Source: Gloeobacterales cyanobacterium (GTDB lineage Bacteria; Cyanobacteriota; Cyanobacteriia; Gloeobacterales; PMM-0068). From it: a DNA stretch of 64,000 nt. The stretch spans positions 97,128 through 161,127 of the forward strand of contig JBBRSB010000005.1 of NCBI GenBank assembly GCA_038245785.1, given 5' to 3'. The position numbers and the translations under genes are program-made. Below are positions 19,044 to 29,537 of this stretch, piece after piece. Each line of letters starts with the position of its first letter. The first letter of the stretch is position 1. A model generated the notes under the pieces. That model had not been told where the DNA came from and searched no databases. It was given only the letters and a program-made list of their open reading frames with translations.

Positions 19044-21842
19044 ATGCATGAAGCTTTGGACGGACCTCTTTTTATGCCTCAAAATCCTTATGGAACCTTC
19101 GATTCGACGAACAACATCAACGATGGCACTTCTCGTGATATGGAATTAATCGGTATGCTTGGTGATAGTAGTATGTATTCTGATAACCCCATGAATGCTC
19201 AATCCGAAACCAACCCACCTTTTTCGCCTCCTTCTGGCGAGTTGGGTAACCCGTATTCTGGATATGATGCACCCACAGACATAAGGGATGCAGGTACTGA
19301 GTCTGAAGCGGACCAGTATTCTCCAACGAGCATTGTGCTCTCTTCAAACAATGTCAAACAGGATAATCAGCCTTTCTACGATCTGACTATGCCTTCTGCG
19401 GTATTGATGTCCTTTAATCGGCTGTTCCGTAAAGCCTTTAACCAACAAGATGTTCTCAGAACCTTGGTTCTTGAAACCAGGCAACTCCTCAAGGCTGACC
19501 GGGTAGTTGTTTATCGCCTCAACGATGACTTTATGAGTGGTGTGATTGTCCAGGAGTCTGTGGGGCCAGGTTTTCCACAAGCACTCGGCAGGCACATTGA
19601 GGACCCCTGTTTTAGAGACTGGTATGAGAAGTACTACAGAGAAGGTCACGTTACCTGTATCAACAATATTTATGAAGCCAACTTTGCTAAATGCTATATC
19701 GAAGCATTAGAACGACTAGAAGTAAAGGCCAATTTAGTAGTTCCTCTGCTCGAAGGAGATGAGCTGTTTGGTTTGGTGGTTGCTCATCAGTGTTCAAGAC
19801 CGAGGGAATGGCAACAAAACGAGATCGATCTATTTGCTCAGATAGCGATGCAGGCAGGAGTTGCGCTAGAACGAGTTAGCTTATCTGGACAACGACAAGC
19901 AGAAGCTAAACGGGTAGAACTACAGGCAAATATTAGCCGCTTACTTCATCGCGATGGACTTGATTGGAATGGAGTTCTTAAAACCTCGGTTGTCGAGACA
20001 AAACAAGCGCTCATGGCGGACCGAGTTGCAATTTATCGCCTCAACGAGGATTACCTAAGTGGCACTATCATTCAGGAATCTGTGGCTCCTGGTTTTCCAC
20101 AAGTACTGAATCGGGAAATAGAAGACCCTTGTTTTAAAGAATGGTATGTGAGTTATTACAGAGAAGGTCGAATCACTGTTATTAACGATATTCACAAAAC
20201 TGATTTCGCCCAATGCTACATCGATGCTCTAGAGCGGATTAGCGTAAAGGCTAATATGGTTGCAGCGATTGTTGTGGATCAGCAGTTATTTGGTTTACTC
20301 GTAGCCCATCAGTGCTCTAGGCCAAGAGAATGGCAACAGGCTGAGATTGACTTATTCTCTCAGATAGCTATTCAGACGGGTGTTGCTCTAGACCGGGCTA
20401 GCCTCCTTGACCAACGTAAGGCTGAATCAAAGAAGGTAAAAGAGCAGGTAGGCATTACCAAGATGCTTCATCAAGAAGCACTCAGCTTGGGTGATGTTCT
20501 GAAAACGACAGTCCTTGAAACACGACAGGCGATCAAAGCCGATCGAGTGATCATCTTGCGATTTGATGAGAACTTCAGTGGTGTTGTGACCCAGGAGTCT
20601 GTTGCTCCTGGTCTGCCAAAGGCTCTGAATAGACAGATTGAGGATCCTTGCTTTAGGGACGAGTATGCACAGCATTACAAAGAAGGCAAAGTTACAACCA
20701 TTAATGATATTTACAAAGCTAGCTTTGCCCGGTGCTACATCGAAGCACTGGAGCGCCTGGAAGTCAAAGCTAACATGGTTGCCCCTATTGTCAGAGATGA
20801 GCCATTATTGGGTCCGCAATTGTACGGACTACTCATTGCTCATCAGTGTTCAGGACCACGGGAGTGGAATCAAGCGGAAATTAATTTATTTACTCAGGTT
20901 GCCTTCCAAACCGGGTTTGCTCTGGAACGGGCTGATTTGCTAGAAAGCAGAGAAACAGACGTGAACAAAGCTTTCGCTCAGACCGATACGCTACTCCAAA
21001 TGGTGCGCAAGCCGGTAAGCGAAGAAGATATCTTGAAAGAGGCTGTTGCAGAAGTTCGGCAGATCTTGAAGCCAGACCGGGCGATGGTTCTCCGTTTTAA
21101 TGATGACTGGAGTGCCATTGTTACCCAAGAATCTGTGGGTTCTGGTTGGCCCGAAGCTATGTACCGACGTATTGAAGATCCCTCATTTGAAGAGTGGTAT
21201 GCCCAGCATTACCAAGAAGAAGGCAAGGTATATGCTATCGGCAGCACCCGTGAGGCGTCTGACTATTGCATCAAAGCGCTAGAACAGATTGGGGCAACAG
21301 CCTACCTCGTAGCTCCGATTACCAGAGGACAAAAACTATTGGGTCTATTAATTTCCCAGCAGCTCTCAGGCCCTCAGGAATGGCGGCAATCTGCCATTGA
21401 TGCCTTCAATCAGATAGCGATGCGAGCCAGTTTTGTTTTAGAGCAAAAAGAAATGCAGGAGCAGCAACAAGTACTGCTAAAAGAAAAATTTGATCTCCTA
21501 GCGCAAGGTGAACGTGCAAGCGAAGCCCTGGCGGTGGTTGGCATCAGCCAAGAGGAAATGCAGAAGCAACGGGAAGAATTGCAAAAACAGCAAGAGGAAT
21601 TGATTCGGCAAAAGCAAGAACTGATGGAGCAAGGGGAAGCTGCCCGTAAAGCACTGGTTGCTGCCAGTCTGGATCAGAAAACGCTGCGAGAGCAGCGGGA
21701 AGTTTTGCTCAAGCAACGGTCCGCTTTGCTGAAGCAGCGCAAGGAATTACTGGAGCGTTTGAATAGAGGGGCAGACAAGGTAGAGAAAGATGACAATATC
21801 AATGTTCTTGAGAAACTTAGAAGGCTATGGCCGCCACGTTAA
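19044..21842 (+). CDS. Multi-GAF cyanobacteriochrome photoreceptor (4 GAF domains plus C-terminal coiled coil)
   Basis: Four DRV..YR/LR repeats; DPCF and CY motifs in GAF1-3, DPSF in GAF4; AHQCSRPREW. Confidence 0.88.
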   Translation: MHEALDGPLFMPQNPYGTFDSTNNINDGTSRDMELIGMLGDSSMYSDNPMNAQSETNPPFSPPSGELGNPYSGYDAPTDIRDAGTESEADQYSPTSIVLSSNNVKQDNQPFYDLTMPSAVLMSFNRLFRKAFNQQDVLRTLVLETRQLLKADRVVVYRLNDDFMSGVIVQESVGPGFPQALGRHIEDPCFRDWYEKYYREGHVTCINNIYEANFAKCYIEALERLEVKANLVVPLLEGDELFGLVVAHQCSRPREWQQNEIDLFAQIAMQAGVALERVSLSGQRQAEAKRVELQANISRLLHRDGLDWNGVLKTSVVETKQALMADRVAIYRLNEDYLSGTIIQESVAPGFPQVLNREIEDPCFKEWYVSYYREGRITVINDIHKTDFAQCYIDALERISVKANMVAAIVVDQQLFGLLVAHQCSRPREWQQAEIDLFSQIAIQTGVALDRASLLDQRKAESKKVKEQVGITKMLHQEALSLGDVLKTTVLETRQAIKADRVIILRFDENFSGVVTQESVAPGLPKALNRQIEDPCFRDEYAQHYKEGKVTTINDIYKASFARCYIEALERLEVKANMVAPIVRDEPLLGPQLYGLLIAHQCSGPREWNQAEINLFTQVAFQTGFALERADLLESRETDVNKAFAQTDTLLQMVRKPVSEEDILKEAVAEVRQILKPDRAMVLRFNDDWSAIVTQESVGSGWPEAMYRRIEDPSFEEWYAQHYQEEGKVYAIGSTREASDYCIKALEQIGATAYLVAPITRGQKLLGLLISQQLSGPQEWRQSAIDAFNQIAMRASFVLEQKEMQEQQQVLLKEKFDLLAQGERASEALAVVGISQEEMQKQREELQKQQEELIRQKQELMEQGEAARKALVAASLDQKTLREQREVLLKQRSALLKQRKELLERLNRGADKVEKDDNINVLEKLRRLWPPR

Positions 21843-22399
21843 ACAGTGCTTGAGCGGCTCGTGAGATAGAGATCTACCGTATTTTCTCCTGCTCCTCGAA
21901 TAGAAACTTCGGCATCTCTCCCGAAGAAACTGTTTAGTTTATCCTGTTTCTCTTTCCACTTCTCCAAAGGGGCCTTAGGAGAATCGAAGCGGAGTATCAA
22001 GGTATATCGACCATCCAAAATCTTCTCATCAAAAGCAGACAATTTTGGGATGCCACTCTCCCGATACGTCAGCTTCAGACGGGCAAGAGGCTCTTCCATG
22101 TGTGTTTTCTTTAGATAGACATACTGAGCGATGTCTTGCAAAATTTGTTTCTGAATAGGGGTCTGTTGACTTAGGTACTTTTCCAAATCAATAGGAGGTG
22201 GATTCAGGCGGGGTGAGGGTTTTACCTCATTTATCTTGAGGGGAATAGCAGCAAAAAGTGCAAATACGCCAAAGTAAAAGCCGACAAAGCTGAGATTAGT
22301 CAATAAATCGCTTTTCTCTGGAATAAAATAGCAGACTGCAAAAAGTCCCAGAAATACGACAGTAAGACCGACAACTAAGTTCGCAACAGAAAATTTCAT
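21839..22399 (-). CDS. DUF2854 family membrane protein (APE1-like)
   Basis: Two N-terminal TM helices, QTPIQKQILQDI, YTLILRFDSP, W.EKQDK..SFFG. Confidence 0.7.
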   Translation of the reverse strand: MKFSVANLVVGLTVVFLGLFAVCYFIPEKSDLLTNLSFVGFYFGVFALFAAIPLKINEVKPSPRLNPPPIDLEKYLSQQTPIQKQILQDIAQYVYLKKTHMEEPLARLKLTYRESGIPKLSAFDEKILDGRYTLILRFDSPKAPLEKWKEKQDKLNSFFGRDAEVSIRGAGENTVDLYLTSRSSTV

Positions 22400-22458
22400 A
22401 GACTCATCATAAATTTTTCTGGCCTCAAAAGTGTATCAACACAGGCTGAGATCTTGGT

Positions 22459-22794
22459 TTAGCGTCTAGTCAGAGATTCCCGAATCATATTCTGTGCCTC
22501 AATCCGGGCGGCAAGACGGTCACAGACGATATCGCAAAGATCAAAGATCACGGGGTCAGTAATTGCGTAGATTGCACTGGTGCCCTCTGTGCGGCGGCTG
22601 ACAATTCCAGCATCCAATAAGATCCGCAAATGTTTGGACACATTGGCCTGATTACCTTCAAGGATTTCTACTACCTGCCCTACCGTCCTATCTCCGCTGC
22701 GGAGTACATTGAGGATTTTTAGGCGCATAGGTTCAGCAAGTACTTGAAAGTAGGCTGCGACTTGAGTAAGAACATCTTCACTGAAAGTTTTCAT
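22459..22794 (-). CDS. ArsR/SmtB family transcriptional regulator
   Basis: FQVLAEPMRLKIL, NQANVSKHLRIL, LCDIVC. Confidence 0.9.
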   Translation of the reverse strand: MKTFSEDVLTQVAAYFQVLAEPMRLKILNVLRSGDRTVGQVVEILEGNQANVSKHLRILLDAGIVSRRTEGTSAIYAITDPVIFDLCDIVCDRLAARIEAQNMIRESLTRR

Positions 22795-23120
22795 GGTTTT
22801 AGAAGAAAGTATGCAGTTGAACTTATTCTATTATCCCTCCTTCTCTATTTTATACAACTAGATAACGATGCAGCAATACATATATTCAGAGATCAGGAGG
22901 TTGGGAGCACGTAACTTGGAATAGTAGAACATTAGAATTTGGGCAGCTGATGATGAGAGCGATGGAGCACTCGGTTTGCAGGCCGCAACCCTCTAGCAAA
23001 GTTGACCTATGACCAGCAAAAGTCACAGCTATCCGAAGCACACTATGACTTGGCTTTGGTTTATCGAATAAATTCGGATGACGAGAAAAGTCCTTAATTT
23101 AGCAAAACAGGAGAAAATCC

Positions 23121-23573
23121 ATGGGACAGCGGGGAGAGGGTTGGGTAATTATCCAGGTCATTTTATTCGCCTTAATTGCTTTAGCTCCCCAAGGTTCCTT
23201 TCCTTGGATTGCTACCTGGATATCTGTGTCTTTTGGTCTTTTATCCTTGGGTTTTGGTCTGGTTTTATTGTTTGCGAGTGTCCTCAACTTGGGGAAAAAT
23301 TTAACTCCTTTTCCCCGCCCAATACCTAATGGTCAATTGGTGACCACAGGTATTTACAGTCTTGTTCGCCATCCTATGTATTTCAGTGTAATTCTTGTGT
23401 GCTTGGGCTTTTCCCTGCTAACTATTAATCCTATACGCTTGGGACTGACAGGCCTAATTTTTGTATTTCTTGATGCCAAGTCTCGTCAAGAAGAGACCTG
23501 GCTCAAACAACAATACCCAAACTATATTGACTATCAGAGGCGAACTAAAAAATTAATTCCTTGGATTTATTAG
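23121..23573 (+). CDS. Isoprenylcysteine carboxyl methyltransferase / PEMT family membrane protein
   Basis: LTPFPRP, LVTTGIYSLVRHPMY, EETWL, Y..YQRRTKKLIP. Confidence 0.88.
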   Translation: MGQRGEGWVIIQVILFALIALAPQGSFPWIATWISVSFGLLSLGFGLVLLFASVLNLGKNLTPFPRPIPNGQLVTTGIYSLVRHPMYFSVILVCLGFSLLTINPIRLGLTGLIFVFLDAKSRQEETWLKQQYPNYIDYQRRTKKLIPWIY

Positions 23574-23750
23574 AGGGCGCTTATCCCTGAATCCATAGGA
23601 CAACTTTGCAACTTTATAAATCAAGTGCTATATTAGCTATAAGTTATGCTTATCATGCACAAAGAAAATCCGGCAAGGTATTTTCTAATGATTTGCACAT
23701 TGCACATTTACAGATCCTGATAAATTCGATTTCACGAGATATAACAACCT

Positions 23751-24782
23751 ATGAAGATTGCTCAAATCGCGCCGCTCTGGGAACAGGTCCCTCCGCCTCG
23801 CTATGGAGGAATTGAACTGATTGTTAGCTTGCTTACCGATGAACTAGTCCGCCGTGGTCACGAGGTGACGCTATTCGCCTCAGGAGACTCCATTACAAAA
23901 GCTTCACTAGTTTCTTTTCATGACCGAGCGCTGCGGCTTGATAAAAGCGTAAAAGAGCCCTCCGTTTATGAACAGATGATGCTGAGCCATGTATACCAGC
24001 ATGCTCACGAATTCGACATTATTCACTCCCATGTCGGTTGTCCTGCTCTGCCTTTTGCCGCCTTTGTTAAGACTCCGACAGTGCATACAACCCATGGTAT
24101 TTTCACACCCGATAATGAAAAGCTTTTTCAGCATTTTGCGCACCATCGATATGTCAGCATCAGTGAAGCACAACGAGAACCTCGTCTAGGTTTGAACTAT
24201 ATTCACACGGTCTATAACGGCATTGACATAAGCATCTATCCTTTCCGAGAAGAGCCGATTCAGCCAGCCTATCTTGCTTTTGTTGGTCGCCTTTCCCCAG
24301 AAAAAGGACCTCAAGAAGCTATTGCTATTGCTCAGGCCACAGGGCTTCCACTAAAGATGGCTGGAAAAATAGATGTGGTCGACCAAGCATTTTATGAAGA
24401 GCATTTACTTCCTCTTATAGATGGGGACCAGATTCAATATCTTGGTGAAGTTTCTCACGAACAGAAAGTAGAGCTTTTAGCAGGGGCTACCGTCACCTTA
24501 TTTCCGATTACCTGGCGAGAACCGTTTGGATTAGTGATGATTGAGTCAATGGCTACGGGCACGCCGGTAGTGGGTATGGCTCTTGGTTCGGTTCCCGAGG
24601 TGATTAAACATGGGAAAACAGGCTTCATTTGTAACAGTCGTGAAGAGATGGCAGAAGCTGTCCTTTCTGCCATTAAGCTAGACCGTAGAGCATGTAGAGA
24701 ACATATACTCAATCGATTTAATGTTCAGAAGATGACGGATGAATATGAAAGAGCTTATCGGATGGCTCTGGGGCAAGAATAG
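23751..24782 (+). CDS. GT4 glycosyltransferase
   Basis: VPPPRYGGIE, VGRLSPEKG, EPFGLVMIESMATGTPV. Confidence 0.92.
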   Translation: MKIAQIAPLWEQVPPPRYGGIELIVSLLTDELVRRGHEVTLFASGDSITKASLVSFHDRALRLDKSVKEPSVYEQMMLSHVYQHAHEFDIIHSHVGCPALPFAAFVKTPTVHTTHGIFTPDNEKLFQHFAHHRYVSISEAQREPRLGLNYIHTVYNGIDISIYPFREEPIQPAYLAFVGRLSPEKGPQEAIAIAQATGLPLKMAGKIDVVDQAFYEEHLLPLIDGDQIQYLGEVSHEQKVELLAGATVTLFPITWREPFGLVMIESMATGTPVVGMALGSVPEVIKHGKTGFICNSREEMAEAVLSAIKLDRRACREHILNRFNVQKMTDEYERAYRMALGQE

Positions 24783-24947
24783 CAACGACCATGTGTAATA
24801 AGTAACATTTTAAACATGTCGAATCTTTAAGCAATGCTTAAGCCTCGAATGTGCCAGGGTTATCCCTGACGCGAGAGTTCTTTTTGTGGTTAAGTTGTGT
24901 ATAGAAATCACCATTGAACTATAGCGATCCCTGGGAACTCTTGTGGA

Positions 24948-27245
24948 ATGACTTTAGATATCCTAGAAGTAAAACATGCTGATGCGGATAATATGGACAA
25001 CAAAATTTTTGTCCCCGCTGACCAAATGCCGATCCCCGAATGGCCTTCTGTACTGGGTGAACGGCCACAGCCCACCCTCACCCTTAAAGAAGATGAGCTG
25101 TTTTTAATCACCGATACTCTGGGCAACATTGCTGGTTTCATTGGAGATGACATGGCTGCCAGCATGGGCCTGTTCTGTAACGACACGCGGTTTCTGAGCC
25201 GTTTGGAGTTGCAAATTGACGGTCGGCCTCCTGTGCTCTTGAACAGCACTGCGGAGAAAGGGTTCATGCTGTCCGTCTTGTGTACGAATCCACAGATTGA
25301 AACGGGATCCACCATCCTCCGTGGGGACAGCTTGGGCATCCGGCGGGAAATAGTCCTAAGTGATGGTCTATTTGAAGAAATAGAAGTTTGTAACTATTCC
25401 ACTCAGGCTGTCAGTTTTGAACTCAGTCTCAGTTTTGATGCCGATTTTGTCGATTTATTTGAAGTCCGTGGCGCTAAGCGAGCACAGCGCGGGAAAATCC
25501 TGCGAGAAGTTAGAGAAGACTCTAAACTTTCTCTTGAACTCAAAGCAGAGTCATCACAACCTCGTTATCAGTCTTCCCGTATTGAAGATCTCACCCTGGC
25601 CTATCAGGGCCTGGATCAGTCTTTAGTCGAGTCTTACATTCAGTTTGTCCATTGCCTACCTGATGAACTCAAAGGTTACACGGCCATCTGGCGTCTTAAT
25701 TTAGCTTCTCACGAAACCCAGAAGCTAGGTTATCGCCTGCAGATGTTTACCGATAAGAAACTTACTTCTCAAGCCAGTCCTCCGGGAACGCTAGTCCAAG
25801 CGAAAGCAGCAGAATCGTTGGAGGAGCAAACCTGGAGCCAGCAGGTTACTCGGATCTCCTCAGATGACCCAACGTTTAACCAAATCATTGAACGGGCGCA
25901 GCAAGATATCTATTTATTACGTCAAACTTTTGGCAAAAATAAAGCCCTTTCTGCAGGAGTACCTTGGTTTTCTACCTTATTTGGCCGTGATTCTATTATT
26001 AGTGCCTCACAAACTTTGATTTTGGACCCTACTATCGCCCGTGATACCCTCACGGTCTTGGCACAATATCAGGGCAAGGTGGAAGACGAATGGCGCGATG
26101 AGCAGCCGGGCAAGATTCTGCATGAATTGCGGGTTGGTGAAATGGCCCGTTGCGGAGAGGTTCCGCATACCCCTTATTACGGCACGGTAGATGCCACCCC
26201 TCTATGGCTTATGCTCTACGCCGAGTACTATGCCTGGACCCATGACCGAGAGACCTTGGAGCGTCTATGGCCCAATGCTCGTGCCGCTATGGAATGGGTC
26301 GACCGCAACTGTAGAGACTTAGGTTATCTAAACTATGCGCGCAAATCTAAACGAGGATTGGCCAACCAGGGCTGGAAAGATTCAGAAGACTGCATCGTGG
26401 ACCGGAAGGGGCAGATAGCAACGGGGCCGATTGCCCTGGCTGAAGTCCAAGCCTATGTCTATGCTGCGAAAATGCGCTTGAGTGAAATTGCCCGTTTGAG
26501 AAAACGGATTGATCTGTCAGACCGTTGGCAAGAAGAAGCCAGAGCACTTAAGGTTCGTTTTAATCGGGACTTTTGGGTAGAAGACCAGGATTACTGTGCC
26601 TTGGCCTTGGATGGAGAAGGACATCAGGTGGATAGCATTAGCTCTAATCCTGGTCACTGCCTGCATCTGGGAATTTTGGATGATGAGAAAGCGCACAGCG
26701 TTGCCGAGCGTCTACGGGCTACGGATATGTTTAATGGCTGGGGGATTCGCACCCTCAGCAGCCTTTCTCCAGCCTACAATCCCATGGGCTATCATGTTGG
26801 CTCCGTCTGGCCCCATGACAATGCCTTGATTGCGATGGGTTTGCGTTCACTAGGAATTACAGACCAAGCCCTCGAACTTTCTAAAAGCCTGTTCGACATG
26901 ACCTTACATCAACCATACAAGCGTCCCCCAGAGCTTTTCTGTGGCTATGGACGAACGAATGACAATGCGCCTGTCCAGTACCCCGTAGCCTGTTCGCCCC
27001 AGGCATGGGCAACGGGAAGCATTTTCCAGTTACTGCAGATGATGGCAAACTTAGTGCCGGATGCACCCAGTAATTGTTTGCGGATTATTGAGCCAGCCCT
27101 ACCTGAATCTATGAACCGTCTTTCTTTTCAGAATCTGCGGGTCGGGTCTACGCTGGTTGACCTGGAATTCGAGCGCTCCGGCAGTACTACCGCCTGTCGG
27201 GTAGCTAGAAAGCGGGGAAATCTTCGGGTGTTCATTGAAGCATAA
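24948..27245 (+). CDS. Amylo-alpha-1,6-glucosidase / glycogen debranching family
   Basis: AGVPWFSTLFGRDS, PGKILHELR, YYGTVDATPL, NQGWKDS, YHVGSVWPHD, ACSPQAWA. Confidence 0.9.
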   Translation: MTLDILEVKHADADNMDNKIFVPADQMPIPEWPSVLGERPQPTLTLKEDELFLITDTLGNIAGFIGDDMAASMGLFCNDTRFLSRLELQIDGRPPVLLNSTAEKGFMLSVLCTNPQIETGSTILRGDSLGIRREIVLSDGLFEEIEVCNYSTQAVSFELSLSFDADFVDLFEVRGAKRAQRGKILREVREDSKLSLELKAESSQPRYQSSRIEDLTLAYQGLDQSLVESYIQFVHCLPDELKGYTAIWRLNLASHETQKLGYRLQMFTDKKLTSQASPPGTLVQAKAAESLEEQTWSQQVTRISSDDPTFNQIIERAQQDIYLLRQTFGKNKALSAGVPWFSTLFGRDSIISASQTLILDPTIARDTLTVLAQYQGKVEDEWRDEQPGKILHELRVGEMARCGEVPHTPYYGTVDATPLWLMLYAEYYAWTHDRETLERLWPNARAAMEWVDRNCRDLGYLNYARKSKRGLANQGWKDSEDCIVDRKGQIATGPIALAEVQAYVYAAKMRLSEIARLRKRIDLSDRWQEEARALKVRFNRDFWVEDQDYCALALDGEGHQVDSISSNPGHCLHLGILDDEKAHSVAERLRATDMFNGWGIRTLSSLSPAYNPMGYHVGSVWPHDNALIAMGLRSLGITDQALELSKSLFDMTLHQPYKRPPELFCGYGRTNDNAPVQYPVACSPQAWATGSIFQLLQMMANLVPDAPSNCLRIIEPALPESMNRLSFQNLRVGSTLVDLEFERSGSTTACRVARKRGNLRVFIEA

Positions 27246-27280
27246 CCAAACTTTTTCTTGCACAAGAAAAAGTTTGGTTA
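27243..27280. terminator. 18-bp perfect inverted repeat between convergent genes, likely bidirectional terminator
   Basis: TAACCAAACTTTTTCTTG-CA-CAAGAAAAAGTTTGGTTA. Confidence 0.6.
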
Positions 27281-27313
27281 AAGCTTTAGCCTGGTAGATT
27301 CTTCTGATACTGA

Positions 27314-29224
27314 CTACATGCGCTCCATGGACGGGTTGGCTTGTGCTTGGCCAAAGGAATACAACTTGTGCCCTGTAAAACTCAGGAGGGCTACGCAACC
27401 CGCACTTAGGATACGGGCTGCAGTGGAGTTCCACTGGAAATCATTGGTTAGTACCTGCATTAGACCTAGATTCGCAAGGAAACTATTTAGGGCCACTCCT
27501 GCAAATACTGCATACTGTATCCGCCAGTTGCTCCAATAAACGCCGAACACGAAGCGACGACTCAGCCAGAAGTTGACCGATAGCCCTAAGAAATAACTTA
27601 TACAAAGTGCGGCGACATCCCATACTCCGACTCTAGTTAAACCAGAAAACATCACCACATCAACAACCGTTGCTATTCCACCTGTCATCAGATAGCTAAG
27701 CAGTTGTTCACTAAGCTTTTTACCTGAATCACTGGACTTCTGTGGGCTGAGAGCTTTAGGCGCCGGAGCAGGCGTAGTCACTTCTTCCGGCTTTGCTTCC
27801 TCCTGATATTCACTATCAGAATTGACAGACCAGAGGTCATGTTTGCCAGGAGTGGTTACATTCTCTGCAGCCATGATTCCCATCAGTAAGCTGTGGTCCT
27901 GATTGTTGTATTTGAAAGCTCCATAGCGGCCCACAACCTGTAGATTGTTAAACTCTTGCACATACCCCTGAATACTAGCCAAGGCTTCTTTATATTCCCC
28001 AGCATAGATAGGATAGGTTCGAGGCAGACGTAAGATAAATCCACTGGATACTTTCTCATCATCCAATAGTTTGATTTGCCTTAGGTCTCGCTCAGCTTGC
28101 TTGAGGAACTCATCCTCAGATTTTTGCCAGTCCTCATCAAAATCACACCAATACTCGCAGCACAAAGGGGTTTGGTGCTGATTAGGCAACATGTCCGGAG
28201 ACCAGTTGGCAAAATTGGTGACGCGGCCAAGCTTGACGCTGGGCTCATTGATATATAACCAATTATCGGGAAACAGCTTTCCGCTTTCTACGATCAGATA
28301 AACCAAGACCGTATTGCGAAACTTCAAAGATTTGGCGCTTTCTACGACGGGTTTAGGAGCCTCTGGTGTAAGTTGTTGAACAAGGTGCGTGAGGGGAATC
28401 GAAGAAATAACACCGCCACAATCTACCGTTTCTTCCAAGCCTGTCTGAAGATTTTTCAAGGTTACTTGGGTCGCTTGAGCATTTTCGTGATAAATGCGCA
28501 CCACTTGGGTATTCAAGAGAACAGTCTGGTTATGGCTACGCAGGAAGTCCGCAGTCATTTCGTACAGTTGTCCAGAGCCTAAACGAGGGAACTGAAACTG
28601 GTCGATAAGGCTTTTCACCTTGCCATCATTGCCCAGCAGCGCATTGCGAACTGCTTTCAGAAGCGATAAGCCTTTGATACGTTGAGCCGCCCAATCAGCA
28701 CTAATGTCTGTACAGGGAATACCCCATAGCTTTTGGGTATAGCCTTCAAAAAATATCTCAAAGAGACGCTTGCCAAATCTACCGCTAACCCATTCAGCAA
28801 AGTTTTGAGGGGAACGGTTAGGAAACAACTGAGCCTGTATGTACGACAACACGATACGGGCGCTTTCGACGAAGCCAAGAGAAAACAGGGCTTCAAATGC
28901 TTTCAAGGGATAGCTAAAATACTTATTGCCATAGTAAATACGGGTTAGACGATTTACTGTTACTTGCTCTCGGCCCAACACCTCATCCCAGAAAGCGAGT
29001 ACAGGAGCAAGTTTCGTAAAGAAACGATGGGGGCCGTAATCTAGAATAAAGCCTTGATACTCAATACTTTTGGCAAATCCACCGACCTTAGAATCTTGCT
29101 CAACTACTACAACAGAATGGCCTTGTTTCGTCAGACTGTAAGCAGCTGCTAGCCCTGCAGGCCCACCGCCTAATACATAGATAGGTGCGGCTTGTGTATG
29201 GTAACTAGACATGAAAATGACCAA
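27314..29224 (-). CDS. FAD-dependent oxidoreductase (HemY/UDP-galactopyranose mutase-like) fused to C-terminal GtrA domain
   Basis: GGGPAGLAAA, DYGPHRFF, GRYGAFKYNNQDH; C-terminal 4-TM region YLMTGGIATVVD...NFWLSRRFVF. Confidence 0.8.
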   Translation of the reverse strand: MVIFMSSYHTQAAPIYVLGGGPAGLAAAYSLTKQGHSVVVVEQDSKVGGFAKSIEYQGFILDYGPHRFFTKLAPVLAFWDEVLGREQVTVNRLTRIYYGNKYFSYPLKAFEALFSLGFVESARIVLSYIQAQLFPNRSPQNFAEWVSGRFGKRLFEIFFEGYTQKLWGIPCTDISADWAAQRIKGLSLLKAVRNALLGNDGKVKSLIDQFQFPRLGSGQLYEMTADFLRSHNQTVLLNTQVVRIYHENAQATQVTLKNLQTGLEETVDCGGVISSIPLTHLVQQLTPEAPKPVVESAKSLKFRNTVLVYLIVESGKLFPDNWLYINEPSVKLGRVTNFANWSPDMLPNQHQTPLCCEYWCDFDEDWQKSEDEFLKQAERDLRQIKLLDDEKVSSGFILRLPRTYPIYAGEYKEALASIQGYVQEFNNLQVVGRYGAFKYNNQDHSLLMGIMAAENVTTPGKHDLWSVNSDSEYQEEAKPEEVTTPAPAPKALSPQKSSDSGKKLSEQLLSYLMTGGIATVVDVVMFSGLTRVGVWDVAALCISYFLGLSVNFWLSRRFVFGVYWSNWRIQYAVFAGVALNSFLANLGLMQVLTNDFQWNSTAARILSAGCVALLSFTGHKLYSFGQAQANPSMERM

Positions 29225-29537
29225 TAAACGCCAATATGCTGATACGTATATTAACTTTACATATATGGATCCTTCAGTATTTCTCTATACATATGACTTT
29301 TCTACCTGTTCATAAAAACCTGGCACTGTGCTCAAAGCAAGTCCAAACAAGAATTTGTACAGGCTACTTACTCCATGGAGTCTCCAGATAAAGAGCGAGC
29401 CGACTTTGCCTGCAGCTCAATCAGCTATTTGCCTTTTTGGCTCAAAGTTTGGTACCCTTATCACTTGTGCTCTGAAAGGCACAATTATTGTGTCCCGATG
29501 GGCAGCACAGCGTTAAGCTTGTGCAACTTGCAGGAGA

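Noticed and set aside
19044..21842. Calling the GAF protein PixJ
   Set aside because: No TM/HAMP or MCP signalling domain and no che/pix neighbours.
22860..23080. Possible gene remnant between arsR and the ICMT gene
   Set aside because: Coding-like composition but no recognisable motif in any frame I read.
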